DNA of 64,000 bases, taken from positions 39,494,001-39,558,000 of the forward strand of contig NW_026262679.1 in assembly GCF_021869535.1 (NCBI RefSeq), given 5' to 3'. This document shows positions 26,101-38,100 of the stretch, in pieces (position 1 is the stretch's first letter; the number at the start of each line of letters is the position of its first letter). Made by a program: the position numbers and the translations under genes. The DNA comes from Mytilus californianus (lineage: Eukaryota). Below the pieces are notes generated by a model. The model saw nothing but the letters and a program-made list of their open reading frames with translations. It had not been told where the DNA came from and did not search any database.

Positions 26101-29100
26101 TTTTGTAAATATTGCCGGTATTTTTAACGACCATTCTGTTAAAGAAAAAATTCCGGGATATTTTGATAATACTGAGCTCCCTCTTATTTGTTATATTTAC
26201 AAGAAATCTACCCGGAAATTTGTGTTTAATTATAGTCAATTGTGTAAAGATGTTAATATCAGTGAAAATACACCTACTTCATGTAATTGCAGTAATTCCG
26301 AATACATTTATGGACCCATTTCCCATGTTATAACAGGAGATCTTAACATCGTTCAAGACCGAGAGTTAAAATCATTCCTCAGTAAAGGACCTAAATATCG
26401 TCCCCCGTCAATTATTAATTGGAATGAGTGTCGTAATATCATCCACGACTCACTCCATACTTACTGTTTGAAATGGATAAAACGGGAAAAAGCTGACAAA
26501 AAATCTTTGGACTCTTTTTTTTAATTCAGTAATGAACATAGTTGATATACGTATTCAACATTTTAAAGAACATTTTACTCTTAACAATAACCACAATAAA
26601 CCTATTTCTCGTATCAAACATAAACTAAAAGAACTAGCCAAGGAATTTGTTTTTGTCCCGGCCGATAAAGCTGCTAATAATATTATTATTGTTTGACGTA
26701 AATTTTACATTGAGGTTCTGAAAAAAGAAATCACCAATTCACCAACATTCCAACTGACTCCATTTTCAGAAAACGACATCTGTAACAAACATAAACTTTT
26801 AGCTACCGCTTTACAAGCAGAACCAAATACAATGAAAGTCCCAACTATGTATTGGCTTCCGAAGCTACACAAAACACCTTACAAATATAGATTTATTTCG
26901 TCTTCAAGCCATTGTTCCACTACTTAATTGTCTATTCTTCTTACCAGTACACTTGGTACAAACAAAAACCTGATAATAAATTGTTCAAATAAGGCCTTTG
27001 AAAATAGTGGAATTAATTACTTTTGGAGTGTCAAGAACTCGTTGGAAGTACTTGATAAATTACATGCATATATTGGTGATTTTGAATCTGTTCAAAGTTT
27101 TGATTTTTCTACCCTATATACCACATTGCCTCACATTCTCATTAAGAAAAAATTCACACACCTAATTAAATGGGCATTTAAAAAGTCAGAATGTGAATAT
27201 ATATGTTCAAACTCTTTTAGGTCATTTTTAGTAGCAATAAACAAAAAAACTATGTCAATTGGACATGCTTTGATACTATATATGCCTTGAATTTTTACTA
27301 GATAACATTTTAGTTTGCTTTGGAGATTCCGTATATCGTCAGGTTATCGGAATTCCAATGGGGACTAACTGTGCACCACTTATTGCGGACCTTTTTTTGT
27401 ATTGCTATGAGTTACAATTTATGACAAAAATCAGCAAAGACCCATCGAAACAACATCTGATACACAAATTTAATAATACTTTTAGATATTTGGATGATAT
27501 TTTGGCTCTCAATAATGACGACTTCAGTATGTATACTAAAGAAATTTATCCTGTTGAACTTACTTTAAATAAAGCTAATACTAACAATGACCACTGCCCT
27601 TTCCTCGATCTTGATATCTATATCATTAATGGAAAGCTTAATACTAAAATATATGATAAAAGAGATGATTTTTCATTTCCTATCGTTAATTATCCATTTT
27701 TAGATGGTGACGTTCCCTTGTCACCATCTTACGGTGTTTATATATCTCAACTTGTACGATTCGCTCGTGTATGTAACAATGTTTTAGATTTTAACGAGAG
27801 AAATTTATGTATTACTGAAAAATTATTACATCAGGGTTTTCGATATCACAAACTAGTCAAAACATTTACTAAATTTTATCATCGGTATAAGGACATCATT
27901 CGTAAATATAGCTCAACATGCAGACTTCTTATACGTTCAGGTATTTCACATCCAATTTTTTATGGAAATATTCTTTATAAAGCACAAAAATGTCAGTATT
28001 CACCTCTGAAGCTAACAAAACCTTTAAATAGACTTATTAAGAAGGGATATAGTTACGATACTGTTGTCAGGTCATTAAAGATTGCATATTTATTTTGGCG
28101 TTAATATTGATTCACTTATAGGGTCTTTGCATCGGCACTAAACACAATTATTTAAAAACCAGTTGTTGGCATGACACGGGTTATGTTCTTCTCATATATG
28201 TTATGATGGTATGATACTAAACCCCTAACGGGAAGGATTGTGCCTGATATTCATATGATGAAGACATAATCTTTCAATCAGTTTAATTGAAGTCTGGAGC
28301 TGGCATGTCAGTTAACTGCTAGTAGTCTGTTGTTATTTATGTATTATTGTCATTTTGTTTATTTTCTTTGGTTACATCTTCTGACATCAGACTCGGACTT
28401 CTCTTGAACTGAATTTTAATGTGCGTATTGTTATGCGTTTACTTTTCTACATTGGCTAGAGGTATAGGGGGAGGGTTGAGATCTCATAAACATGTTTAAC
28501 CCCGCCGCATTTTTGCGCCTGTCCCAAGTCAAGAGCCTCTAGCCTTTGTTAGTCTTGTATTATTTTTAATTTTAGTTTCTTGTGTACAATTTGGAGTTTA
28601 GTATGGCGTTCATTATCACTGAACTAGTATATATATTTGTTTAGGGGCCAGCTGAAGGACGCCTCCGGGTGCGGGAATTTCTCGCTGCATTGAAGACCTG
28701 TTGGTGACCTTCTGCTGTTGTCTGTTCTATGGTCGGGTTGTTGTCTCTTTGACACATTCCCCATTTCCATTCTCAATTTTATGAGGATGACATATTAACT
28801 GAGATACAATAATTTCAAACAGCTTATTGTTGGCAAACGTACCCGTGAATTTGTCTTTGTAATACAATAAAATTAATCTAATTATATGAATAGAGAGTTA
28901 AAATATATTAAAGGCTTCTTTCAATATATCCATTTTTGTTGCTCTGTTTGTTGCAAAGATGAATCCAGAATTTCTTCATGCGATAAACACATACCTTAAA
29001 TGATCACAAAACAAGAAATGTTTTCTAAGGAACTTTAAAAAATGCATTTTTAAGTTTTTCTCTCTGCATTTATCCACCAATTCATTGATTTCTAGTTTTA

Positions 29101-32100
29101 GTCGACCTTGGAGTGAAACCGATTTTCTTACGGACGCCGAAAGGAATGGCAACGGTAAGTTCATAAAACATTGTCATTTTCGATGGCGTACCTTGAGCAT
29201 GTTTTTAATCAAAGACTGGAAACCTATATGTTATGATATCAGTCTTTTGCAAAAACGATGATCATTTTAATGTAAAAACATTTAAACAAGTGTTTTAAAT
29301 TTTACCAATATGGAACATGCGTGTCATTTTTTATTTGATGACTTTGATTTGTGACTTTAAAATTTAGCTAAATGTAACTAAAAAGAAAAAGTTGCTGAAA
29401 ACAGAGAACAAAACAAAATAGTGCAACTTAGACAACATATGACCACTAAAATCACATGAATAGCAAATGCTCTAAACAGAAAAGCGTGTATCACTTTTTG
29501 TGCGACACCTTCGTGTTGTTAGGTGTAATTTACGCAAATTCTTATTATAATCAACGATCGGTATCATTATCTGAGGGCGCCCAATGAACAAATTTTGATA
29601 GAAATATCCTCGGATGGAATTCCTAAAAAACTTTTATCTCATGCACACTGGGGTATAAGTATCAGCGTGGTATTCAAAATATATTGTCAAAGACTAGCAC
29701 CGACCACTTAGATAACAGTGAGACCTTACTTATCTTTAAATTTAAAGTTACTTACAGTTACGATAAGCATTGATATATATCCAATGAAAGAGATTAAAAT
29801 CCGCTTTCGAATAAAAATTAAGGAAAAAGAGTCAAGTGTATTTGGTGACCATTTTTATCTTTTAATGTTCGATGATTTGGCATATGGATAGACGAGATGT
29901 AGATACGATTAATACAATGATTATTGTAAGAATTGTTATTTCACAAAAAATCGCCAATGTACATTGGCATTAATTTTCTAGCATACACCTTATAATATAG
30001 TACATTTGATAATACTTATTCTCAATCAGGCACAAACATTTCACAACGTCGTCACTTTGAAAAGAAAATAATTTAACATATCTAAATTAACTTTGAGTAT
30101 TTGATCAATTCTGTTTAAAATATCTGTAAATATTTTTTTTCTTCTAGATGACACGAAACAGCCTCGGACAATAAGAGACTGGTTGGGACATCTTCAGCAG
30201 GTTCTTGAATACAGTATGTAGCGTGGTGTTTTATTCTAAATAATAAAAGACAGGAGGTATTTCAATATGAAGAGACAAAAAATATACTGTAACAATCACG
30301 TTTATAAGGCTCAAAGAGAATCAATAAAAGATAATAACGGTTTCAATTCATCGATATTAATATTATATTTATATCTGATTAATGTAAACTATTTCTGATG
30401 GTATTACAAAACAGTTTTCTTGTTTTTCAAATATGACATGAATCAGGAAATAAAAGATTTTTTATGTAGTGTCATATCCTTGACCTTCAATTTTTAGGGT
30501 ATGAGCGTTCCTGATTAAGGTAAATCCGAAGTGGAACACGAAGGTTTCATCAGATCATTATTCAATACTTCGGTATTGAACTGAATTATAATTTTTTTTT
30601 GCAATTACAGTCTCCGTTGATTAATTGATAATTTATTTTAAAAAACAAGGTTCCAACTCCCTCAGGCAAAGTTGAACTTAGATGGATTTGGTCATTCTTT
30701 TAAGCCCCTTTTGATTATCAAATGATTATATAGCGTTTTACGTGTTGAGGTAGTCATACATCCTTGGCATTAATTTTTGTGGTATGAAAATCCTGATGAA
30801 GGTAAATCCAGGAAAGTGCTTCATATGCAAACAAATTTTCAAGTGTTATTTTCATTATTCATTTATGTATGAAAAAATTTCAGAACCACTTATACAAATA
30901 TAGGCATTCGATGTACAAACAGAGAAAGATAGAGAGAATTGACTGTGATTAATGTTATATAAAAAACTTGACTTATATATATTATTGTAACTGGAAAATT
31001 AGCTTTATAAATTTTCTGATTAGATTCTGAATTGTAGTAAAAGGGCTAATGCTGTTTTGATTCTAGGTAGATGCAGACAAATTGCAGGTAAAAGAAGACA
31101 AGGAAGAGGGCGCCACATTACACTGGTTTTAGACATTTCTGAACGGATGAAAGGACGAAAATTTGAAGCCATGAAAACGGCTGCTGTTCAGTATATTGAA
31201 GGCAAGTTTCATAATTTGATATGTATACAGAAAGAAGAAAAATTATTATCTTCTGGTATTTTTGTTTTAATGATGCAAATAAAAAATATCAAGAAAATCC
31301 CTTTATGACAAAGATACATGTATATATAGTATTTCACATTAAAAGAATTATCTATCTCTTTGTTTTATAGGCACTAAGCAACATGCAATTGTTGGATTAG
31401 GTGATAATATCGGTCTTGCTGTTTTTGGTGGACAGAGTCAACTCATTCAAGAGACAACTAATGATTACAGTTTGATATTGGAACAAATAGGTGAAGCAGT
31501 AAAGAACGAACATAAATTAGAATCATATGATTTAGTTAATGCAAACGTTGTACATACATTTGGTGCTAGCTATATCTTTAACACAACAGAAATTATTAAC
31601 ATGAGGTTACATTCAAACTATATCGTCCTGAACATGCATGAACTATTTGCCACTGGACGTTAAGCAAACATCAATAAATTACTCATTCAAACTATAATAT
31701 ACAATTGAATAAATTAATTATGTAACGTGCAATTTTATATACACTGTCAATGTATATCTACCTATTCCGTCACTTTACCTATTTAATGGTTGGAGACAAA
31801 ATTTATATTCTAGTTGTGCAAAATATTTAATGATTAAAAAGTAAAATAACAAAAATACCGAAGGCGATCAGGAACATTGACAAGCGCTGAGAAAGTTTGA
31901 AATGTCTAAAGGCATCTATAGGTAACAGGTACCTGTAAATTATAGCCCAAAACCATCGAATGTTGAATTTGCTAGAGGGAGTTGCATCCATAGTTTTTAG
32001 AATAAACTTAATTGGAAAGCTGAGAATTAATCAAAACAGTTGATATTAATCGTGGTTAATATATGAAACATTGTGTTTTGTAACGTGTTATCAACAAACG

Positions 32101-35100
32101 CGTTTGAAAACATTTATGGAATATATCAATTATTAATTACTACATGTACACTCAAAATATAATGTTTATTAACCTTAACTACTTTTTATAAAGCTCAACT
32201 ACAACCACAAGGAAATGCACCCATTCTTGGAGGATTGATAATGGGACTAGCTGGAGTTCTATCAGGTATTTAAATTGACATTTTATAAATAAGTTATAAA
32301 AACTAACATAAAATACGAAATACATACACAATTATATTTTTAGACAGATGTCTTTACAATATTTCAAGCTTTAAATCATTGAGAGCTAACAAAATATCAA
32401 TGAACTTTAAAAGCCGATGCTATCCTAGATCTGCCATCAACACCTTTATCTCCAAATAACATTATATGACATCTGATAACCACTGCCAAGAAACATGACA
32501 TGGGACAGTCAAATGAAAAACATATACAGTGGGTTAATCTAGTTTTTGATATATCAACCCTACTTGTTTTCCAATCTCTATCAGTGGACCGACAATATGT
32601 ATAGGCATAGGACAATTGAGCGAAAATAAAAAAAATGCCCATTGGGTCATTTGAGCGCCGACATCATAGGACATTTTAGCGCCGGAATTTTAACCATATC
32701 TGGATTTTCAAATAGGACGTTTGAGCGTTATTTCCTGTGATACTTATATATGAATTAAGAAAATATTTTTAAAAAAATTAAAAAAAAAAAAGAGTAAGTT
32801 TTTAAAATGAATATATTTTATTTGATTTTACACCCGAGTCATTCGACCGGTTCTGGCTAGTTAATGGTATTGTAGTCCTGGGTTGATCTGTACTTACCAA
32901 TCAATTCTACTATACTTCATTGGCTATGCAAATTTTCTTAGTTCTAACTTTCTTATATTTATAAAGTTAAATGTCCCTTGGCACTTTAGATCTGAATACT
33001 GATACATATACATGTTAAAATGAATATAATTTTGACCAAGACTAATAAAGGAAAAACAGCCCTGTTTGTGACAGTTTCCGATATAGAGTGAAGCGGATGA
33101 TGATATAGTTCAACGTCCTTCGAAAATTATCCGTACCGAGTTACAGAACATGGATTAGACAAACCTAAAATCTGAAGATATTAGCAGCGTTTCAAAGGCT
33201 ATATATAGAAAAAGACGTAAATCTCACCCTGCACTTCCAAAATCTAGAGAGGAAACGCACGAATCGTATCGTTAATGAAGATGAATATTGAGACAAATAC
33301 ATTTGAAAATTTTGTACAGGTTAATGATGAACAAACGAACTCCTTCATCATTTTAATTTTTTTTCGCTCAAATGTCCTTAAATATCGGCGCTCAAATGTC
33401 CTATACTTCGGCGCTCAAATGTCCTTTTTTTGTCGCTCAAATGTCCTGCCAATTCGCTCAAACGACCATTGCCAAATGAACAAACAGAAAATTCAGTACA
33501 GGAAATTTCAAGCATTTCACTAACAAATAATCATGGTATTATAGATAATTCTAACATGACGTTCTTCATACGCTTTGAGTACACACCCGTGGTAAAATAT
33601 GAATATATTTTTTGGGCTGTTCCGATCGTACTCCCACGTCATATGCTTTTTTATGAATGAGCTACCCGACGTCATACAACGATGACTTAAGAATATGAGG
33701 ATTTTACGGGAAAATACACGCTTGTGAAACCGAAAATCATCACAACAAGGAAACATAAACAAACGATGCTAAAATGTGTTATAATCCAATTTTTTTATAC
33801 ATATTAGAAATATATTCTTATTTAAATTCATCCAAACCTATTTAAATACATTATTGTAAATAGTTTAAGCATGTCACTTATTCAGTTTGCTCCGTTCTTT
33901 TGCGTCAATTGAATTGTGAGTTTGTTTATGGGAACGGCAAATATTTGCCTTCACCTAGAGCGCTTCGATCCAAAAGAATTGCCGTATTTGTCCTATTAGA
34001 ATCGAAATAATTCATGGGGGCTTGAATATATCGTGATTTTACCACGGGTTGTCCCTTTATGCCGATATTTTACCTCTCGCTATCGCTCAGGGTAAAATAT
34101 TTAGCATAAAGTGGCAACCCGTGGTAAAATCACGATATCAAGCTCCCATGAATTATTTCTTAAATATAGACAATAACATGCACATAGTTATAAGATCTAA
34201 TCAAACGTATACAGTATCAAAGTATGTTTGCAATTACTAAACGCAAGATAATGAACATAACCTGCCGATATGAAATCTATGTATGTTATTTTATCCCTTT
34301 TTTTATAAAGTGTTATTTCATCTATATAATTCTATATAGTTCTTATTTTTGTTTACCTCGACTTTCGTACCATATCTTTAGTTTATCAATGATATGATAA
34401 TGTTATATTGTGTAAAGCGTTTAAAGTAAATTGTCATAACGCGTATTATACATGTTTTATAATTAATAATGATATTATTATTAATTATGATAATAAAATG
34501 AGTTCTTCCGTCGATAAAGATGAGTTCAGGCAAAAAAAGTTACTAATTATCGGACTGACAAATAAAACAAAACAGCAATGTGTACTGATACCTGCCATGT
34601 TTTTTTTATATTACAGGGCTGCTGTACATTGATATTGATAAGTTTGATATTTAGAATAATAATGAACTTTCTCCGTTTCCTTCATAACAGGTCCACTGGA
34701 TCGAATAGGGGATAATCCATTGCAGGGACATATGATAATTTTCACGGATGGAACCTCTGGGCGTGTTTTTCCAGATTTTGATACAGATGTTGGTATGAGC
34801 CGTCCCTTTGTATTTGGAAATTTCCGTGTAAGCGTTATATTATAGTGATATAAGTTAAAGTGTATTACTCCCATATAAACAGATGTCGCAGATTTTTGGA
34901 CCACTCTTATTTCAATTTCACAAATTCATCAGCAACATGATTTGATTGTCAGCGCTACATCTTTTCCGTTTCTCAAATACAGTTTCAGTTCTTTAATTTT
35001 TTAAAGGAAAGCTCAAACCTTAAGATTATATTTAAATGCCCTATAACTATATTATTATGGTAAATATATACGTAGATTAGAAATTTATTAGAAAATGCAA

Positions 35101-38100
35101 GGAACGCAAATGAGTAGATGTTTATATTTTCTGACTACAAAACAAGTTTAAATGTTTTACCAAATAAGCTAAGTTCAAAGTACGTTGTTTGATAGCCAAA
35201 AATACGTAGATATTGAAAGCAGGAATATCAGTTTATAATTTAAACAAGTCTAAATTGAAAACAACGTTCAAATCTATGATTGCGTTGGATAAAAACCGCA
35301 ATTTTTATACGTGTGCATGCAAAACAAATGTCTTGTTAGAGGGGTCTAAATACAGCACAAACAACATTTTCCAAAAGACCAAAAAAGTGAAAAAGTATAT
35401 TTTTACAACACGCATTTGACTAACAGGTCGAACAACAAATGTTCTTAAACTCTGCTGACTGCCATTGGCGATTACCAAATAAACGGATCACCGATGTAAT
35501 AAATGGATCTTAATTATAAATTTAATACTAAACAGAAAACAATAAACTTGCGGAAAAGATGGTATACCACAAACAAAAGGTGCAAAGATTTTTGTACACC
35601 ATATCCGGATTTCGACAATTAATGTCTCTTCAGTGATGTTAGGAATCGAAACGGTATTTGGAAAGTTTATAATTTAATATATATTTGGCTATTCAAACGT
35701 TTGGTTTGTCGGAAATATCTTATATGAACAAATATATTGTTAGGAAGGGACAATTTAATTAAAACATATTCATGTTGTTTATTACATGTATCCTTGGAAT
35801 ATATGTTTAAAGCAGGCAGTTGACACTTCTATATGAATCAACTATGCATTTGCCTTCTCGTCCACTTGTTTCTTATTCGGTTAACTTCATACAGGGTCTT
35901 CTGAACAAGAATGTAATGAAGGTATAGTTTTCCATAAACTTCACTTTCCGCTGTATACATTATGATCTTTCACTGAATAATTCAAAGTGTGATGACTTGT
36001 TTGTTGATTACATCTTTCCAATTTAACATAGAATATATGTACCATAGATACATGCACAACTAAGTCTAGATCTGCTTCATACCTTTATTTACTCCTAGAA
36101 GTATTATGTATGAGGACTGGGTTGTTTGAGACAACTGATGGATATATCATTGTTCTTCTTTCTAACATTACTTGTATGCAGTTTCCTTAGTTAAGTATGT
36201 ATCGGTTTTCTAATCAGTCATTAATTTCTTTGAAATGTATCGTATTTTAGGGCCGTCCAGAGACTCATAGCGTCCTAGAGATGATAGGTAGCACCCAAAC
36301 AAAAATATATTATGTTCCAGTTGGAGATGACATCAATAATCCTGTAAGTATTTCCATGAGTTGAATTTTGTTAGCATGATATTTGAATATCCAAGAAACT
36401 CTGATCGTTATAATCTTCAATGTGTTTGGAATGTGTTCCTTGCAACACATCATCTAGTCCAAAAGTATTTGTCTAAAGGTCTGGGGTTTCTTTTCACACA
36501 AAAAAATCTAAGAATCACTTTATCGTGAGTCACTTTAAAATGTTCATATCTTACGAATATTTTCTGCTGGTTTTTTTTATTTTTTTGTAATGAGACACAT
36601 TAATTTAAATTTGTGCCTAGAAAAACATTTATCGTATTTTGTTCTCGATTATTTAATGATATTGCATTTAATATTTTTTCAAAAGAAACCGTTTGATGTG
36701 TTTATATAAATCATGTTTAAAAAAAAATCCTATAAACTTCGTTTCCAAAAAAAAACTTTATTATATTATGGAAGCTATAAAGGGACACATAAAAATATAA
36801 ATATCAAATCCTACATGGCCACTACCAGCAATTCATGAATCTGTCAGAATAAAGCTACACGCCCTCCTCAGGCCATTCAAATTTATGAACTGCTCGTGGC
36901 GCCATCTAGGATTCTGAAGTTTGATCGGAACAAATTAGAACTAGAATACGTTAATCTGGTGAACAATGATAACCCCTCCAAATTGCTTTCTTCAAGCGAC
37001 ATACATTTGGAATTGTTTAAGTACTTGTACAAATCACAATAATTGAAACGGGATGCGTACCTATATTCCGACAGTCAACTATTCCGACACCCCAATGGTC
37101 CAATAGTCCGTTGCTCCGATATCCCATAAAATGACCCCTTCAACAACCTTTCCTACAAAATGACTGACTACAGGTAAAATTCTTTTTCACTTTCTTTCAC
37201 TTTCCCCTTTGTACTTTGTCTGGACGTGCGCGAGTATATACATTTGGATAAAAGTTAATTAAAAGTAATGGTAAAAGCGGGTCTTTTCAACACCTAATAT
37301 CTCAGACCTACGACAAATCTGTTGAACACCCATGATAGCACTCGCGAAAAAGGAATCAGTGGAATAAAATTCAAGTAAAATTGAATAAAAAATGTATATA
37401 AAGTTAAAAGTTTTAAAAAAAAATCGATGCCCTGAATTTTTGTACGCATCAAAATGAATATTTTTTTTTGAAAGTACGATTTCGGGCATTGTTCCTTTGT
37501 GTTCCTATATACCTCGGAACCATTTAGAACAAGGATAAATCCATTAAAAAAAAACTCATCAAAGTAGGATGACAAATGAACTCTTTACATCAAAAATACA
37601 AGAAGTTTGGACACTGAGAAATGTCTCGCTTGATCTCTTGTCATGTTTAAATACTAATATATCGCCAGTTTTAAACTCTAGCTAGGTCAAACAAACCTTG
37701 AAATTTGTCATTTCGGGGCCTTTTATAGCTGACTATGCGGTATGGGTTTCACTCATTGTTGAAGGCCGTACGGTGACCTATAGTTGTTAATTTTTGTGTC
37801 ATTTTGTCTCTTGTGGAGAGTTGTCTCATTGGCAATCATACCACAACTTCTTATTTTAATCTTGACTATGTTTGAATGATTGATTTGTCTTAATTATATC
37901 ATTGCTTATTACGTTTATAATGTCCGTTTAATATTTTAGACTTTAGAAGAAGCAGTTAGGCAGACACATGGTAAAGTTATACAAACCAGTGAAATGCATC
38001 GTTTAATCAGAATGACTCAAGTAATGGTAAGTAAAAATTAAAAGTAGGTAAATCATTTTATTCATCTTCAAACAAACACGGCATGTATTGATAAATATGA

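Noticed and set aside
32173-32179. CCTTAAC just upstream of the 32194 acceptor as a U12 branch site
   Set aside because: The matching donor (GTGAAG at 31491) is not U12-type. This also shows that the motif alone is weak evidence.
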